A model generated the notes under the pieces. That model saw only the letters and a list, made by a program, of their open reading frames with translations. It did not search any database and was not told where the DNA came from. From contig JBDRML010000029.1 in NCBI GenBank assembly GCA_043812195.1, positions 1 through 64,000 on the forward strand: a DNA stretch of 64,000 nt. Reading direction: 5' to 3'. Below are positions 30,498-40,709 of the stretch, one piece after another. The stretch comes from Candidatus Woesearchaeota archaeon (GTDB lineage Archaea; Nanobdellota; Nanobdellia; SCGC-AAA011-G17; PNOQ01). The position numbers and the translations under genes were made by a program. Numbering within the stretch: position 1 is the first letter of the stretch; each line of letters begins with the position of its first letter.

Positions 30498-32317
30498 TGA
30501 AGAAATATAAGATAAAAGGAAAGAGAACATCTTTAGTAATTATTTCTCTATTCCTAATTATATTTTCTTTAGCTTTCTCAACCATATCAGCAGATAGCCA
30601 AATAGGCTACGAACACACAGACAACTTCCTACACACATGGAATCAAAATCCTTTAGGAGAGGCAGAAGCTAATATCTGGCAGAATGTAAATTCTAATTAC
30701 ATGCAATTCTTTAATGGTAAGAATATAACAGATGCAATAGAGAGGTCAGGTTGGGTTAATTTTGTTTTTGGATTAGGATATTATCAAGGTGGAAGTTTCA
30801 AAACATTTGAAAGTGATGTATTAAGTAATCCAATCGTTATAATTGAATCTGATAATTCTACATACTGGAATCAATCTGTATATAAATCTGAGGCATTATG
30901 GGGTGCTGGTTGGAATAGAGAACAATCATTAAATGATTTGTTTATGGAAAATACTTTCTGGTGGGATACTAATTTTGAATCACCACACCAGCTTTACTAT
31001 GTCTGGAAATTTAAAGATATAAATATCCTTAATGATAATTCAGACGACATATTTAGATACTGTTATGATGAAATAATATCTAATGAATCAGTAACGAGAC
31101 ATTGCCCAGAAGTAGCAATAGACTCTACTTCTTCATTTGAAGAAAATATAGTAGACAGCTTCCAGATAATAGACAGTAAAACAAAAGTAGGACATTACAT
31201 CACTTGGGATGAAAATGATAACATAATTTTAAGATATGATGGTGATGGTGAGCCTATGCTATTAAGGAAAATAGAAAATCTACAGGGTTATGATGAGATT
31301 AAATATAATTGGATAGACGCGGGTCAGCCAATATGTGAAAATGGTCTTGACGCTGATGGAAGTGCTATTATGTGCAATTATCATAATGAATCAGGCTCAG
31401 GTTATATTTATTACTATGCGACTTTAATGAGTTCTGGTTATTTAGCTTACATAGATGTTAATTTAAAGATTGGAGAGAGAAGAGTTGTATCTAATTCTAC
31501 TGAATACAGAGGTTATTATTTATTTGATACTAATACAAGTGGCATTCCTGAAGGATCTAATATTACAGCTGTTTCTATATGGCATGGAGTTCCACCAGTT
31601 CCTTTTGCTACTGGTACTGTTTCAGATTGGAGAAGTGGGTTTTATACTTGTGGTGATGATTGTATAATGGATGATGGAGGAATAAATAATACTGAAACTG
31701 AATTTAATGATGGTAATTATACTACTTTAATTGATTGGGACGACGATACAGGAAAACATAGTCCTATATGTGGAGGAAATGAACCTTGTGAAAGTTTAAT
31801 AATGCTGGGTGATGATGTAAATGACATAGCAGTGAAAGATTTTCAAGAAGCATTTGATAATAATAGGTTTTACTCAGTTGTTATAAGAGACGCGTCCTTA
31901 TGGTCTTCTGACGAAGAGTGGTGGCATTTATCTGACGGAGTTGATAGTAATGGAGCAGATTCTACGAATATGACTTATTTAAAAATTAATTTTACAGCCC
32001 CAGATTATGTTTATAATGAAACAGAAGCAAGAGACGCTATATCAGAAGGAATTAATAATACAATACCAACAGCAACCCAATATCAGGACCAGCAGATTTA
32101 TACAGTTACATTAAACAATACTCAGACTACAGGATATTTTGATTTTATAGCTATTTTAAACAATCAGACATGGGCATTTAATTATTTAACTGGAAGCGAT
32201 TCTTATACTAATGTTAATTCTTTAAGTTATATTGTCAATGTCTGGGAAAACGAAAAATTAAACTATGATGAAATTGTTACTCAAGTAGAGAGTTTGATAA
32301 ATGATACAAAAATTTGA
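30497..32317 (+). CDS. secreted acidic protein, possible DNRLRE-type domain
   Basis: Signal peptide from MKKYKIKG; YRGYYLFDTNTSGIPEGSNI motif; many NxS/T sequons. Confidence 0.7.
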   Translation: MKKYKIKGKRTSLVIISLFLIIFSLAFSTISADSQIGYEHTDNFLHTWNQNPLGEAEANIWQNVNSNYMQFFNGKNITDAIERSGWVNFVFGLGYYQGGSFKTFESDVLSNPIVIIESDNSTYWNQSVYKSEALWGAGWNREQSLNDLFMENTFWWDTNFESPHQLYYVWKFKDINILNDNSDDIFRYCYDEIISNESVTRHCPEVAIDSTSSFEENIVDSFQIIDSKTKVGHYITWDENDNIILRYDGDGEPMLLRKIENLQGYDEIKYNWIDAGQPICENGLDADGSAIMCNYHNESGSGYIYYYATLMSSGYLAYIDVNLKIGERRVVSNSTEYRGYYLFDTNTSGIPEGSNITAVSIWHGVPPVPFATGTVSDWRSGFYTCGDDCIMDDGGINNTETEFNDGNYTTLIDWDDDTGKHSPICGGNEPCESLIMLGDDVNDIAVKDFQEAFDNNRFYSVVIRDASLWSSDEEWWHLSDGVDSNGADSTNMTYLKINFTAPDYVYNETEARDAISEGINNTIPTATQYQDQQIYTVTLNNTQTTGYFDFIAILNNQTWAFNYLTGSDSYTNVNSLSYIVNVWENEKLNYDEIVTQVESLINDTKI

Positions 32318-32326
32318 AGTTTTTAT

Positions 32327-32800
32327 TTAATATTTGAGTCCTTTCCTCTTTTGTTTATACTTAAATAAGATATAAAGAAGATAAATTCCAACTATACCAA
32401 ATAAAATAACAAATATTATGTCAATTGGATCTTTATCTGCTAACACTTTTACAAATGGATGTGCTGCAATAAGAATTAAAATAACTGTAAGAGTAGAAAT
32501 TGTTTCAGAGTGAAAAGAACTTTTTATGTTGAATCTATCAATATTCTTATCTAACCTATTAATGGATCTGCCAAATCTTACTTGATTAATGAATTCGTAG
32601 CCTTCTATACTAATCTTAACTTTTTCATCTTTTTCGTGCAGAAATCTTTTGCCTTGAACCCCATCTTTTAAAGAAGACCAAAAATCATCGCTAATCTTAA
32701 ATCCAATATTTTCAAGAGCTGTGCGACTATTAGAATTAGAATTTTTGTCAATTTCGTCTAAGATTTTAAATATTTGTTCTGTCTTTGAATTATTTTCCAT
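32327..32800 (-). CDS. hypothetical membrane protein
   Basis: Two C-terminal TM helices. Confidence 0.55.
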   Translation of the reverse strand: MENNSKTEQIFKILDEIDKNSNSNSRTALENIGFKISDDFWSSLKDGVQGKRFLHEKDEKVKISIEGYEFINQVRFGRSINRLDKNIDRFNIKSSFHSETISTLTVILILIAAHPFVKVLADKDPIDIIFVILFGIVGIYLLYILFKYKQKRKGLKY

Positions 32801-32930
32801 AGAAAAAGAATTCTCAAAGTATTAAAAAATTTTTCTATATTATACTATTTAAACTGCTTATACAAATTTATACTTTCTAAAATAAACCACACAGAAACCT
32901 ATATAAACAAACAAAACTCAGATTTTTATA

Positions 32931-34274
32931 ATGACATTAGAATTAATGGCCGTTGGCGGTTATTCAGAAGTTGGAAAGAATATGACCGCAATAAAATACA
33001 ATGATGAAGTAGTAATTTGCGATATAGGTTACTTTATACCAAAATTAATAGATTATGAAGAACTAGAAGGAACTAACAAAAGAACTTCAATGGGACTAAA
33101 AAGAATAGGAGCAGTTCCAGATGACAGAGTTCTAAAACCATGGCAAAACAAAGTAAAAGCCATAGTTTCAACACATGCTCATTTAGATCATATAGGAGCC
33201 ATTCCATTCTTAGCAGATAAATACAACAGCTGTCCAATAATAGCTACACCATTTACCATAGAAGTTCTAAAAGGAGAACTCAAAAACGAAAAAATTAAAA
33301 TTTCAAATCCTCTAAAAGTTCTAAATGCAGGTTCTATATTAAAAATTTCAAAAAATATTCAAATAGAATTCATTAATTCAACACATTCTACACCTCAAAC
33401 AGTTATAATAGCAATTCACACACCAGACGGCACAGTAATTTACACAAACGATTTCAAATTAGATAATAATCCTACTCTAGGAAAAAAACCAGATTATGAT
33501 AGAATGAAAAAGATTGCAAGTGAAAAAGAAGTGGTAGCTTTGATTACAGATTCATTATATGCAGATACAGAAGGCAAAACACCTTCAGAAGCAATAGCAA
33601 AACAAATGCTTAAAGATGTTTTATTGGGGATTGATAACGAAAAAAATGCTATAATAGTCACAACATTTGCGAGCCATATTGCAAGACTAAAAAGTATTGT
33701 AGAATTAGGAAAAAGAATGCATAGAAAAGTAGTATTCTTAGGCAGAAGTTTAGCAAAATACTCAGCAGCAGCTGAAAATATTGGATTAGTTAATTTTACT
33801 CAAGATGTAGAAATAGCAGGTTATTCAAGACAAATTCAAAAGAAACTACAACAAATAGAAAAAAAAGACAGACATAAATATCTAATAGTATGTACAGGAA
33901 ATCAAGCAGAAGAAGGAAGTGTTTTAGTAAGATTATCAACTGGAAAATTACATTTCAAATTCATCAATGGTGATCATGTAATATTCTCATGCAGAACAAT
34001 ACCAGCAGAAGACAATATATTAAACAGAGCTAAGTTAGAAACAAGATTAAAACAAAAAAAAGTAAGAATTTTCAAAGATATTCATGTTTCAGGTCACGGC
34101 CATAGAGAAGATATCGTAGAACTAATCAACCTATTCAAACCAAAAATATTAATTCCATCACACGCAGGACACGATAAAGCAAAACACACTTTAGATATAG
34201 GAAAAGATTTAGGATATAAGAATAATAAAACAATGTTTATGCTTTCTGACGGAAGAACATTAAAGCTAAAATGA
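32931..34274 (+). CDS. rnj: ribonuclease J (beta-CASP)
   Basis: VGGYSEVGKNM, THAHLDHIGA, HSTPQ, TFASHIARL, HVSGHG. Confidence 0.95.
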   Translation: MTLELMAVGGYSEVGKNMTAIKYNDEVVICDIGYFIPKLIDYEELEGTNKRTSMGLKRIGAVPDDRVLKPWQNKVKAIVSTHAHLDHIGAIPFLADKYNSCPIIATPFTIEVLKGELKNEKIKISNPLKVLNAGSILKISKNIQIEFINSTHSTPQTVIIAIHTPDGTVIYTNDFKLDNNPTLGKKPDYDRMKKIASEKEVVALITDSLYADTEGKTPSEAIAKQMLKDVLLGIDNEKNAIIVTTFASHIARLKSIVELGKRMHRKVVFLGRSLAKYSAAAENIGLVNFTQDVEIAGYSRQIQKKLQQIEKKDRHKYLIVCTGNQAEEGSVLVRLSTGKLHFKFINGDHVIFSCRTIPAEDNILNRAKLETRLKQKKVRIFKDIHVSGHGHREDIVELINLFKPKILIPSHAGHDKAKHTLDIGKDLGYKNNKTMFMLSDGRTLKLK

Positions 34275-34453
34275 AACTTAAACCAATATTAGCAATAATA
34301 ATCATAATAGTATTAATTTTAAATATAATTCTCTATGTTTTAAGCACAATATCAACCTTATTATTTTGGATAATTTTATTAATAGCTTTCGGTATAAGTT
34401 ATTATATAAAAAAGGGAAATAAAAATGTCAGGTCCAGCTCACGGAAAAAATAA
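34271..34453 (+). CDS. small two-TM protein
   Basis: Hydrophobic 60-aa ORF translationally coupled to rnj. Confidence 0.6.
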   Translation: MKLKPILAIIIIIVLILNIILYVLSTISTLLFWIILLIAFGISYYIKKGNKNVRSSSRKK

Positions 34454-34649
34454 AATAAAAGTAGAAGTATATATTCATGAAAAAGGTAAAGCTGGAGCAA
34501 GAATCACACATTTAGACATAGAAGGCGAACAAATTTCTAAAATAATTAAACCAGGAGAAATAACATTCATTAAAGGCAAACCAGGCGGAGCATTCATAGC
34601 TCTAAAAAAAGATATGATTAAAAGAGCTGAAAAATTAATAAAAAAATAA
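34425..34649 (+). CDS. small hypothetical protein
   Basis: Compact 74-aa ORF with host-like codon usage. Confidence 0.6.
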   Translation: MSGPAHGKNKIKVEVYIHEKGKAGARITHLDIEGEQISKIIKPGEITFIKGKPGGAFIALKKDMIKRAEKLIKK

Positions 34650-34662
34650 ATTATTAAATTTG

Positions 34663-35007
34663 TTACCTTTTCCTTCTAAAACGTGGAACATAAAATACTC
34701 GTTCATCAAATGGGGTTCCTGGTAATTTTGCTTTTTCATATTCAATGTAACGTAATGGATCTAAAACAGTATTTCTTATAATAGAACCATCAAATTCAAA
34801 ATTGTTATACCTTAAAGAATACCAATCTATAAACCCCTGATCGTATAAAAATAGTAAAGAATTTTTCACTTCATCTTCAGGATACATAGTCTCAACAATA
34901 ATATCAGAATGAACCATATTAAATTGATTTAGAATAAGCAATACTTTAAATGCTATTCCATCTTTCGGTAATTCAGACACATCTCTTAGTTTTTCTTTTT
35001 TGTCCAT
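34663..35007 (-). CDS. hypothetical protein
   Basis: 114-aa ORF, possible winged-helix segment; TATA box upstream. Confidence 0.5.
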   Translation of the reverse strand: MDKKEKLRDVSELPKDGIAFKVLLILNQFNMVHSDIIVETMYPEDEVKNSLLFLYDQGFIDWYSLRYNNFEFDGSIIRNTVLDPLRYIEYEKAKLPGTPFDERVFYVPRFRRKR

Positions 35008-35083
35008 ATTTTATAAATATTATAATCAGAAATATAAACTTTTCTAAAAAGGTTTAAAAACAACAACAGATTCTCTTTCTTAA

Positions 35084-35737
35084 ATGACATTTATCGCAAT
35101 AGCAGGAAACATAGCCGCAGGAAAAACTACATTAGGCAGAATAATAGGAAAAAAATTAGAATTCAAATTACATGAAGAGCCAATTAACCCCGAAACATTA
35201 AGCGCATTCTATAAAGATATAGAAAATAATGTCAAACCATCAGAAAGAGCATTCCTATTTCAAAAAAGTTTTCTAGGATTAAGAACTGCAGTAATGGCAG
35301 ACGCTCAAATGACTGGAAGAAACTGCATACAAGACAGAACTGTTTTTGAGGATAGATATGTATTTGCCGAATCATTGCATAATCAAGGATTTATTTCTGA
35401 TGAAAAATTTAATATATATTGTAGCCTTTATACGCTACAGATGACTGATTTAAAACACCCAGATTTATTAGTTTATTTAGATGCTCCCATAGAAAAACTA
35501 AGAGAAAGAATAAATAAAAGAGGAAGAATAAGTGAAATATCATTAATAGATCCAAACAATAAATATTTAGAACATCTAGATGAATTATATAAAAAAATGA
35601 TGAGTAAATATGAAGGAACATCAATTCATATAGACACAAAAGAACTCGATTTAGAATCTAATTTTAGTGATCAAGAATATGTATCAAACCTTATAAGTGG
35701 TTTTTTGAAATACAGATTACAAAACGTTAAAAAATAA
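35084..35737 (+). CDS. deoxynucleoside kinase
   Basis: IAGNIAAGKTT, EEP, QDRTVFEDRYVF, RINKRGRISE. Confidence 0.92.
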   Translation: MTFIAIAGNIAAGKTTLGRIIGKKLEFKLHEEPINPETLSAFYKDIENNVKPSERAFLFQKSFLGLRTAVMADAQMTGRNCIQDRTVFEDRYVFAESLHNQGFISDEKFNIYCSLYTLQMTDLKHPDLLVYLDAPIEKLRERINKRGRISEISLIDPNNKYLEHLDELYKKMMSKYEGTSIHIDTKELDLESNFSDQEYVSNLISGFLKYRLQNVKK

Positions 35738-35860
35738 GTAAAATATATAAATAAGTAAAATAAAATAAAGGTATAAAATGGGCGCAGATTCAAACGGTTA
35801 AGGATAAAGTATATCATTTAGTATAACTATATTTTTTAAATAAGGTTAATTCTCTTTATT

Positions 35861-37045
35861 ATGAAATTCGCTCACATGGCTGACTGTCATATTGGTGGTT
35901 GGTCAGAACCAGAACTTGAAAAATTAGGTATTAAATCATTTGAAAAAGCTATAGACATTTGTATTAAAAAACACGTAGCTTTTGTAATAATAGCTGGAGA
36001 TTTATTCAATACTTCATTACCCCCAATAGACTTAATCAAAGAAACAACAAGAATCCTAAACAAATTAAAAGAACAAGAGATCTCATGCTACATAATTCCT
36101 GGCTCACACGATTATTCTCCATCTGGAAAAACAATGATAGATGTATTAGAAAAAGCTACTTTAGTTGAAAATGTAGCAAAATATAACGAAACAGATGGGA
36201 AAATTAAACTAAAATTCACCACAGACAAAACAGGAGTCAAATTAACAGGGATATTCGGTAAAAAACAAGGTCTAGAAACAGAATTCTATAAATCATTAGA
36301 CAGAACAAACTTAGAACAAGAAAAAGGAACAAAAATATTTCTATTCCACACCCTATTATCTGAACTAAAAACAAAAGAACTAGAAATGGTAAATTCAGAA
36401 TCTTTAGCAATTTTACCTAAAAACTTCAATTATTATGCTGGTGGACATCCACATATAGTAAAATCAACAAATAAAGAAGGCTATGGTCTAATCGCTTATC
36501 CTGGCCCAATATTCCCAAATAATTTTGCAGAACTAGAAAAATTAAAACACGGTGGTTTTAATATCCTTAATGATAATTTTGAAATAGAACACATCCCAAT
36601 TGAATTAAAAGAAGTAATTAGTTTAAAAGTAGATGTTAATGATAAATCACCTCAAGAAGCTCAAGAAATAATAATAAAAGAAATCAGAAATAATGACATA
36701 AAAGACAAAATACTAATTTTAAGAATATTCGGAGCATTAAATTCAGGAAAAATATCAGATATCAACTTCAAAGACATATTAAGCGAAACAAAAGAATCAT
36801 ACATCACACTAAAAAACACAAATAAATTAACAACAAAAGAATTTGAAGAAATTAAAGTAGAGACAGGCAACGTGACTGATGTAGAAGACAAAATTATAAC
36901 AGAAAATATTAAAGAAGACTCAATTCTTAATAAAGAAAAAATAGTTGCTTTAATGGATATTTTATCCTTGGAAAAACAAGAAGGCGAAACAAACTCAACT
37001 TTTGAAGAAAGATTAATTAAAAACATTGAAGAAACTCTAAAATAA
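35861..37045 (+). CDS. mre11: DNA repair nuclease Mre11
   Basis: HMADCHIG, AGDLF, PGSHD, LFH, AGGHPH. Confidence 0.92.
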   Translation: MKFAHMADCHIGGWSEPELEKLGIKSFEKAIDICIKKHVAFVIIAGDLFNTSLPPIDLIKETTRILNKLKEQEISCYIIPGSHDYSPSGKTMIDVLEKATLVENVAKYNETDGKIKLKFTTDKTGVKLTGIFGKKQGLETEFYKSLDRTNLEQEKGTKIFLFHTLLSELKTKELEMVNSESLAILPKNFNYYAGGHPHIVKSTNKEGYGLIAYPGPIFPNNFAELEKLKHGGFNILNDNFEIEHIPIELKEVISLKVDVNDKSPQEAQEIIIKEIRNNDIKDKILILRIFGALNSGKISDINFKDILSETKESYITLKNTNKLTTKEFEEIKVETGNVTDVEDKIITENIKEDSILNKEKIVALMDILSLEKQEGETNSTFEERLIKNIEETLK

Positions 37046-37079
37046 TAAGATTTATAAATAAATTCAGATTAGCAAATTT

Positions 37080-37535
37080 ATGCCATTAATAAAAAAATTA
37101 AAATATAGACTTCCAAAAGAAGAAGAACCAAAACCAGAATATATTTTAAAAGTTTTAAAAGATGTTCAAACTTCTATAAACTCAAATATTCCATATCCAA
37201 TAAAAACCTTAACTAGAATTTTAGACATAATTGAACCAGGCATATACACTGTGCTAGAAAAAACAGGCAGTTTAGAAATGGACTTTAGAGCAGTAAGAAA
37301 ACTAATTGAAGATTATAAGCTGCAATCAACACCAGGTTGTCGTTCTTGTACTCATGTTGGAAAAACATTAGAGATGACATTTTGTTCATTAAAAGAATCA
37401 GAAAAAACAGCTAGAAGAAGTGGCAATCTTTACGAATATGGATCATCACCTACTGTTGATCAGCATTTATTCAAACCATGTGAAGATTGGCAGGAAAAAT
37501 ACCCTACAATAGAAAAAATTATAGAAAATTCATAA
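37080..37535 (+). CDS. hypothetical Cys-containing protein between mre11 and rad50
   Basis: CRSC...C...C pattern; own TATA box. Confidence 0.55.
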   Translation: MPLIKKLKYRLPKEEEPKPEYILKVLKDVQTSINSNIPYPIKTLTRILDIIEPGIYTVLEKTGSLEMDFRAVRKLIEDYKLQSTPGCRSCTHVGKTLEMTFCSLKESEKTARRSGNLYEYGSSPTVDQHLFKPCEDWQEKYPTIEKIIENS

Positions 37536-37579
37536 TTAAACACAATAATTCTTAATAAATAATACACATTCTACTTTTT

Positions 37580-39637
37580 ATGTTACTAAAAAAAATAAAA
37601 CTAGAGAATATTAGATCATATCTAAATCATGAGATAAACTTTCCAGAAGGTTCTACATTATTATCAGGAAATATAGGCTCAGGTAAATCAACTATCTTAT
37701 TAGCAATAGATTTCGCTTTATTCGGATTAAGAAAAGGAGAATTATCCGGATCAGCATTACTAAGAAATGGGACCCAAAATGGATCAGTAGAATTGCATTT
37801 CAAAATAGAAAATAAAGACATAGTAATAAAAAGAACTCTAAAAAAAGATTCAAAATCAATATCACAAGCAGAAGGTTTTATGTTAATAGATGACGCAAAA
37901 CAAATTTTATCAGCACAAGAATTAAAACAAAGAATATTAGAATTATTCAATTACCCAAAAGAACTTCTAACAAAAACTAAATCTTTAATATATAAATACA
38001 CAATATACACACCACAAGAAGAAATGAAACAAATTCTATTAGGAGATAAAGACTTTAGACTAGATACTCTAAGAAAAGTTTTCGGAATAGATAAATACAA
38101 AAGAATAAATGAAAATTTAATAATATATGTAAAATATCTAAAAGACCAGAAAAAATTTCTAAAAATAAAAACAGATGATCTATATCAAAAACAAGAAGAA
38201 AAAGAAAAAGAACTTCTTAAAGAAAAAGAAATCCAATCACAATTAACAATTTTAAACAGTCAAATCATAAATTCAGAAACTCAATTAAAAGAAAAAAAAC
38301 AAACTCTTGAAACCACAGAATCTAAAATAAAAGAATTAACAGAAATAAAACAGAGAATAGCTCTTAATGAAAATAATTTATTACATTTTATCAACCAAAA
38401 AGAGGTAAACTCAAAGAAATTAGAAGAAATAAAAATAGAAATCCAGCAAACAAAAATATCTCAAGAACCTATAAATTTAGAATCAATAAGACAAAGAATA
38501 AAAGACAAAGAAAAAGATATAACAAACATAGAAGCTAAAAATAAAAACACATTATTCAAAACTCATGAAGCTGAAATTAAAATAACAAATTCTGAAAATA
38601 TTAAAACAAACATAAATAAATTAGATCATTGTCCAACATGCAAACAAAAAGTCACAGAGCAACATAAACACAAAATAGAAGAAATAGAAGATTTAGAAAT
38701 CAAACAATATAAAGAAATTCTAGAACAAGAGAATAAACAAAAACAAAAAAACGAATCTCAAGTTAAAGAAATAAAAATAGAAATAGAAGAATTAAGAAAA
38801 AAAGAATCCGAATTAACTCTATTAAAACTAAAAGTAGAAAGGTTAGAAGATAAAAACAAACAACTTCAAATATTAACTCAAGAACAAGAAGAATTAAAGA
38901 AAAAAATAGGAGAAATAAACATAAAAAAAATAGAACTAAATGAAAAGCTAGAAAATTACAAAGGAATAGAAGAAATAAATAAAGAAATAAAAGAACAATT
39001 AGAAACAATACAACAAGAACACAGAAAATTAGAAATTCAAAATGCATCTTTAAACAACGAATTCAAAAATATCTCAAAAAACATAGAAAATTTAGAAAAA
39101 GAAATCATAGAGAAAAAACAAACACAAAATAAAATAATACAAATCACAAAACTGCAAGACTTTTTAGAAATACATTTCTCAAATTTAATGCAAACTATGG
39201 AAAGACAAATCATGCTAAGAGTCCATCAAGACTTTGATTCTCTATTCCAAAAATGGTTCTCCCTATTAATAAACAATGAACAATTACAAATCAAACTAGA
39301 TTATGAATTCTCACCACAAATAATACAAAATGGCCATGATATAGAATACACTAATTTATCTGGGGGAGAAAAAACAGCAGCAGCATTAGCATACAGATTA
39401 TCTTTAAATCAAACCATAAACAAATTAATGTCAAAAATTAAAACAAAAGATATAATTATATTAGACGAACCAACAGACGGTTTCTCAGCAGAGCAAATAG
39501 ACAGAATGAGATTAGTTTTAGACGAACTAGAAGTAAAACAATTAATTATAGTAAGTCACGATGCAAAGATAGAAAGTTTTGTAGATAACGTAATAAGATT
39601 AAATAAACAAGAACATATTAGTTCTATTCTTAACTAA
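37580..39637 (+). CDS. rad50: DNA repair ATPase Rad50
   Basis: GNIGSGKS, coiled coil with CPTC zinc hook, LSGGE, ILDEPT, VSH. Confidence 0.95.
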   Translation: MLLKKIKLENIRSYLNHEINFPEGSTLLSGNIGSGKSTILLAIDFALFGLRKGELSGSALLRNGTQNGSVELHFKIENKDIVIKRTLKKDSKSISQAEGFMLIDDAKQILSAQELKQRILELFNYPKELLTKTKSLIYKYTIYTPQEEMKQILLGDKDFRLDTLRKVFGIDKYKRINENLIIYVKYLKDQKKFLKIKTDDLYQKQEEKEKELLKEKEIQSQLTILNSQIINSETQLKEKKQTLETTESKIKELTEIKQRIALNENNLLHFINQKEVNSKKLEEIKIEIQQTKISQEPINLESIRQRIKDKEKDITNIEAKNKNTLFKTHEAEIKITNSENIKTNINKLDHCPTCKQKVTEQHKHKIEEIEDLEIKQYKEILEQENKQKQKNESQVKEIKIEIEELRKKESELTLLKLKVERLEDKNKQLQILTQEQEELKKKIGEINIKKIELNEKLENYKGIEEINKEIKEQLETIQQEHRKLEIQNASLNNEFKNISKNIENLEKEIIEKKQTQNKIIQITKLQDFLEIHFSNLMQTMERQIMLRVHQDFDSLFQKWFSLLINNEQLQIKLDYEFSPQIIQNGHDIEYTNLSGGEKTAAALAYRLSLNQTINKLMSKIKTKDIIILDEPTDGFSAEQIDRMRLVLDELEVKQLIIVSHDAKIESFVDNVIRLNKQEHISSILN

Positions 39638-39671
39638 AAAACCTTATAAAATCAATCATCCTACCTAAACT

Positions 39672-40238
39672 ATGCCAGAAATCATAGATTTTAAGGATAT
39701 CAATAAAAATGATATTATAAAAAGAATAAAGGCTGGAGAAATTTTCATATATCCAACAGATACTATATATGGAATAGGATGTAATGCTCTAAAACCAGCT
39801 TCAGTTCAACTAATAAAAGATATAAAAAAAAGAGAAGATAGACCTTTCTCAATAATAGCACCATCTAAAGAATGGATCAATAAAAACCTAAAAGTTCCTA
39901 ATAAGTCCTACATACAAAAATTACCAGGCCCTTACACATACATCTTAGAAATAAAAAAAAGAGCAACAGCAAGAAATGTCAATCCAGGTTACAAGACGTT
40001 AGGAGTAAGAATACCAAACCATCCATTCACAAACTTAGTAAAATCAGCAAATGTACCTTTCATAACAACATCAGTCAATTTATCAGAACAAAAACCAATT
40101 AGAAGCATAAAAGAGATTCCAAGATCAATAAAGAAAAAAGTAGATATTATCATAGATAATGGCTATTTACCAAATTATCCTTCTACCATAATAGATTTAA
40201 CACATACACCACCAAAACTCATAACAAGAAGGCTATAA
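39672..40238 (+). CDS. sua5: threonylcarbamoyl-AMP synthase (Sua5/TsaC)
   Basis: YPTDTIYGIGC, LPGPYT, GVRIP, TTSVN, PSTIID. Confidence 0.92.
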   Translation: MPEIIDFKDINKNDIIKRIKAGEIFIYPTDTIYGIGCNALKPASVQLIKDIKKREDRPFSIIAPSKEWINKNLKVPNKSYIQKLPGPYTYILEIKKRATARNVNPGYKTLGVRIPNHPFTNLVKSANVPFITTSVNLSEQKPIRSIKEIPRSIKKKVDIIIDNGYLPNYPSTIIDLTHTPPKLITRRL

Positions 40239-40290
40239 CTACTAAAAAATAACATTTATATACTAAAAAATAAAGTCAAATATATCCAAA

Positions 40291-40665
40291 ATGGACCAAG
40301 ATAAGATATATGAACATAGTATATAAAGACAATTAAGAGAAAATTCTGAAGCATATCACCAATTAGACTATTTTTTAAGAGAAACAATGAAATTAAATAG
40401 AAAATTACCAGAAGGTCCAAGATATGCATTAATAGACACTAAAAATACAAATGGTATCTCTAGCGAAGGATATGGGTTATTATTAGAAGCCAATAGGGCA
40501 TTAAGAGCTCGTAATGGATATTTAGTTTTACACAGTTTTAACAAAACAATTGAAAATAAACTAAGAATAACTAAATTAAACACCATATTTACTATATTCA
40601 ATACAAGAGAAGAAGCTCTGGAATTTCTAGCAGAAGAATCAGAGAACCCATTCGCCAGGTTCTAA
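40291..40665 (+). pseudogene. STAS (anti-sigma antagonist-like) domain gene with an in-frame TAA at 40324
   Basis: ISSEGYGLLL...LRITKLNTIFTIFNTREEAL is STAS-like; the ATG at 40291 behind a TATA box is in frame but hits TAA at codon 12; restart at 40387 is possible. Confidence 0.55.
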
Positions 40666-40709
40666 AACTACAAAAAGCTTATAAATTTGCACGCATTCTC
40701 CCAAACCTA

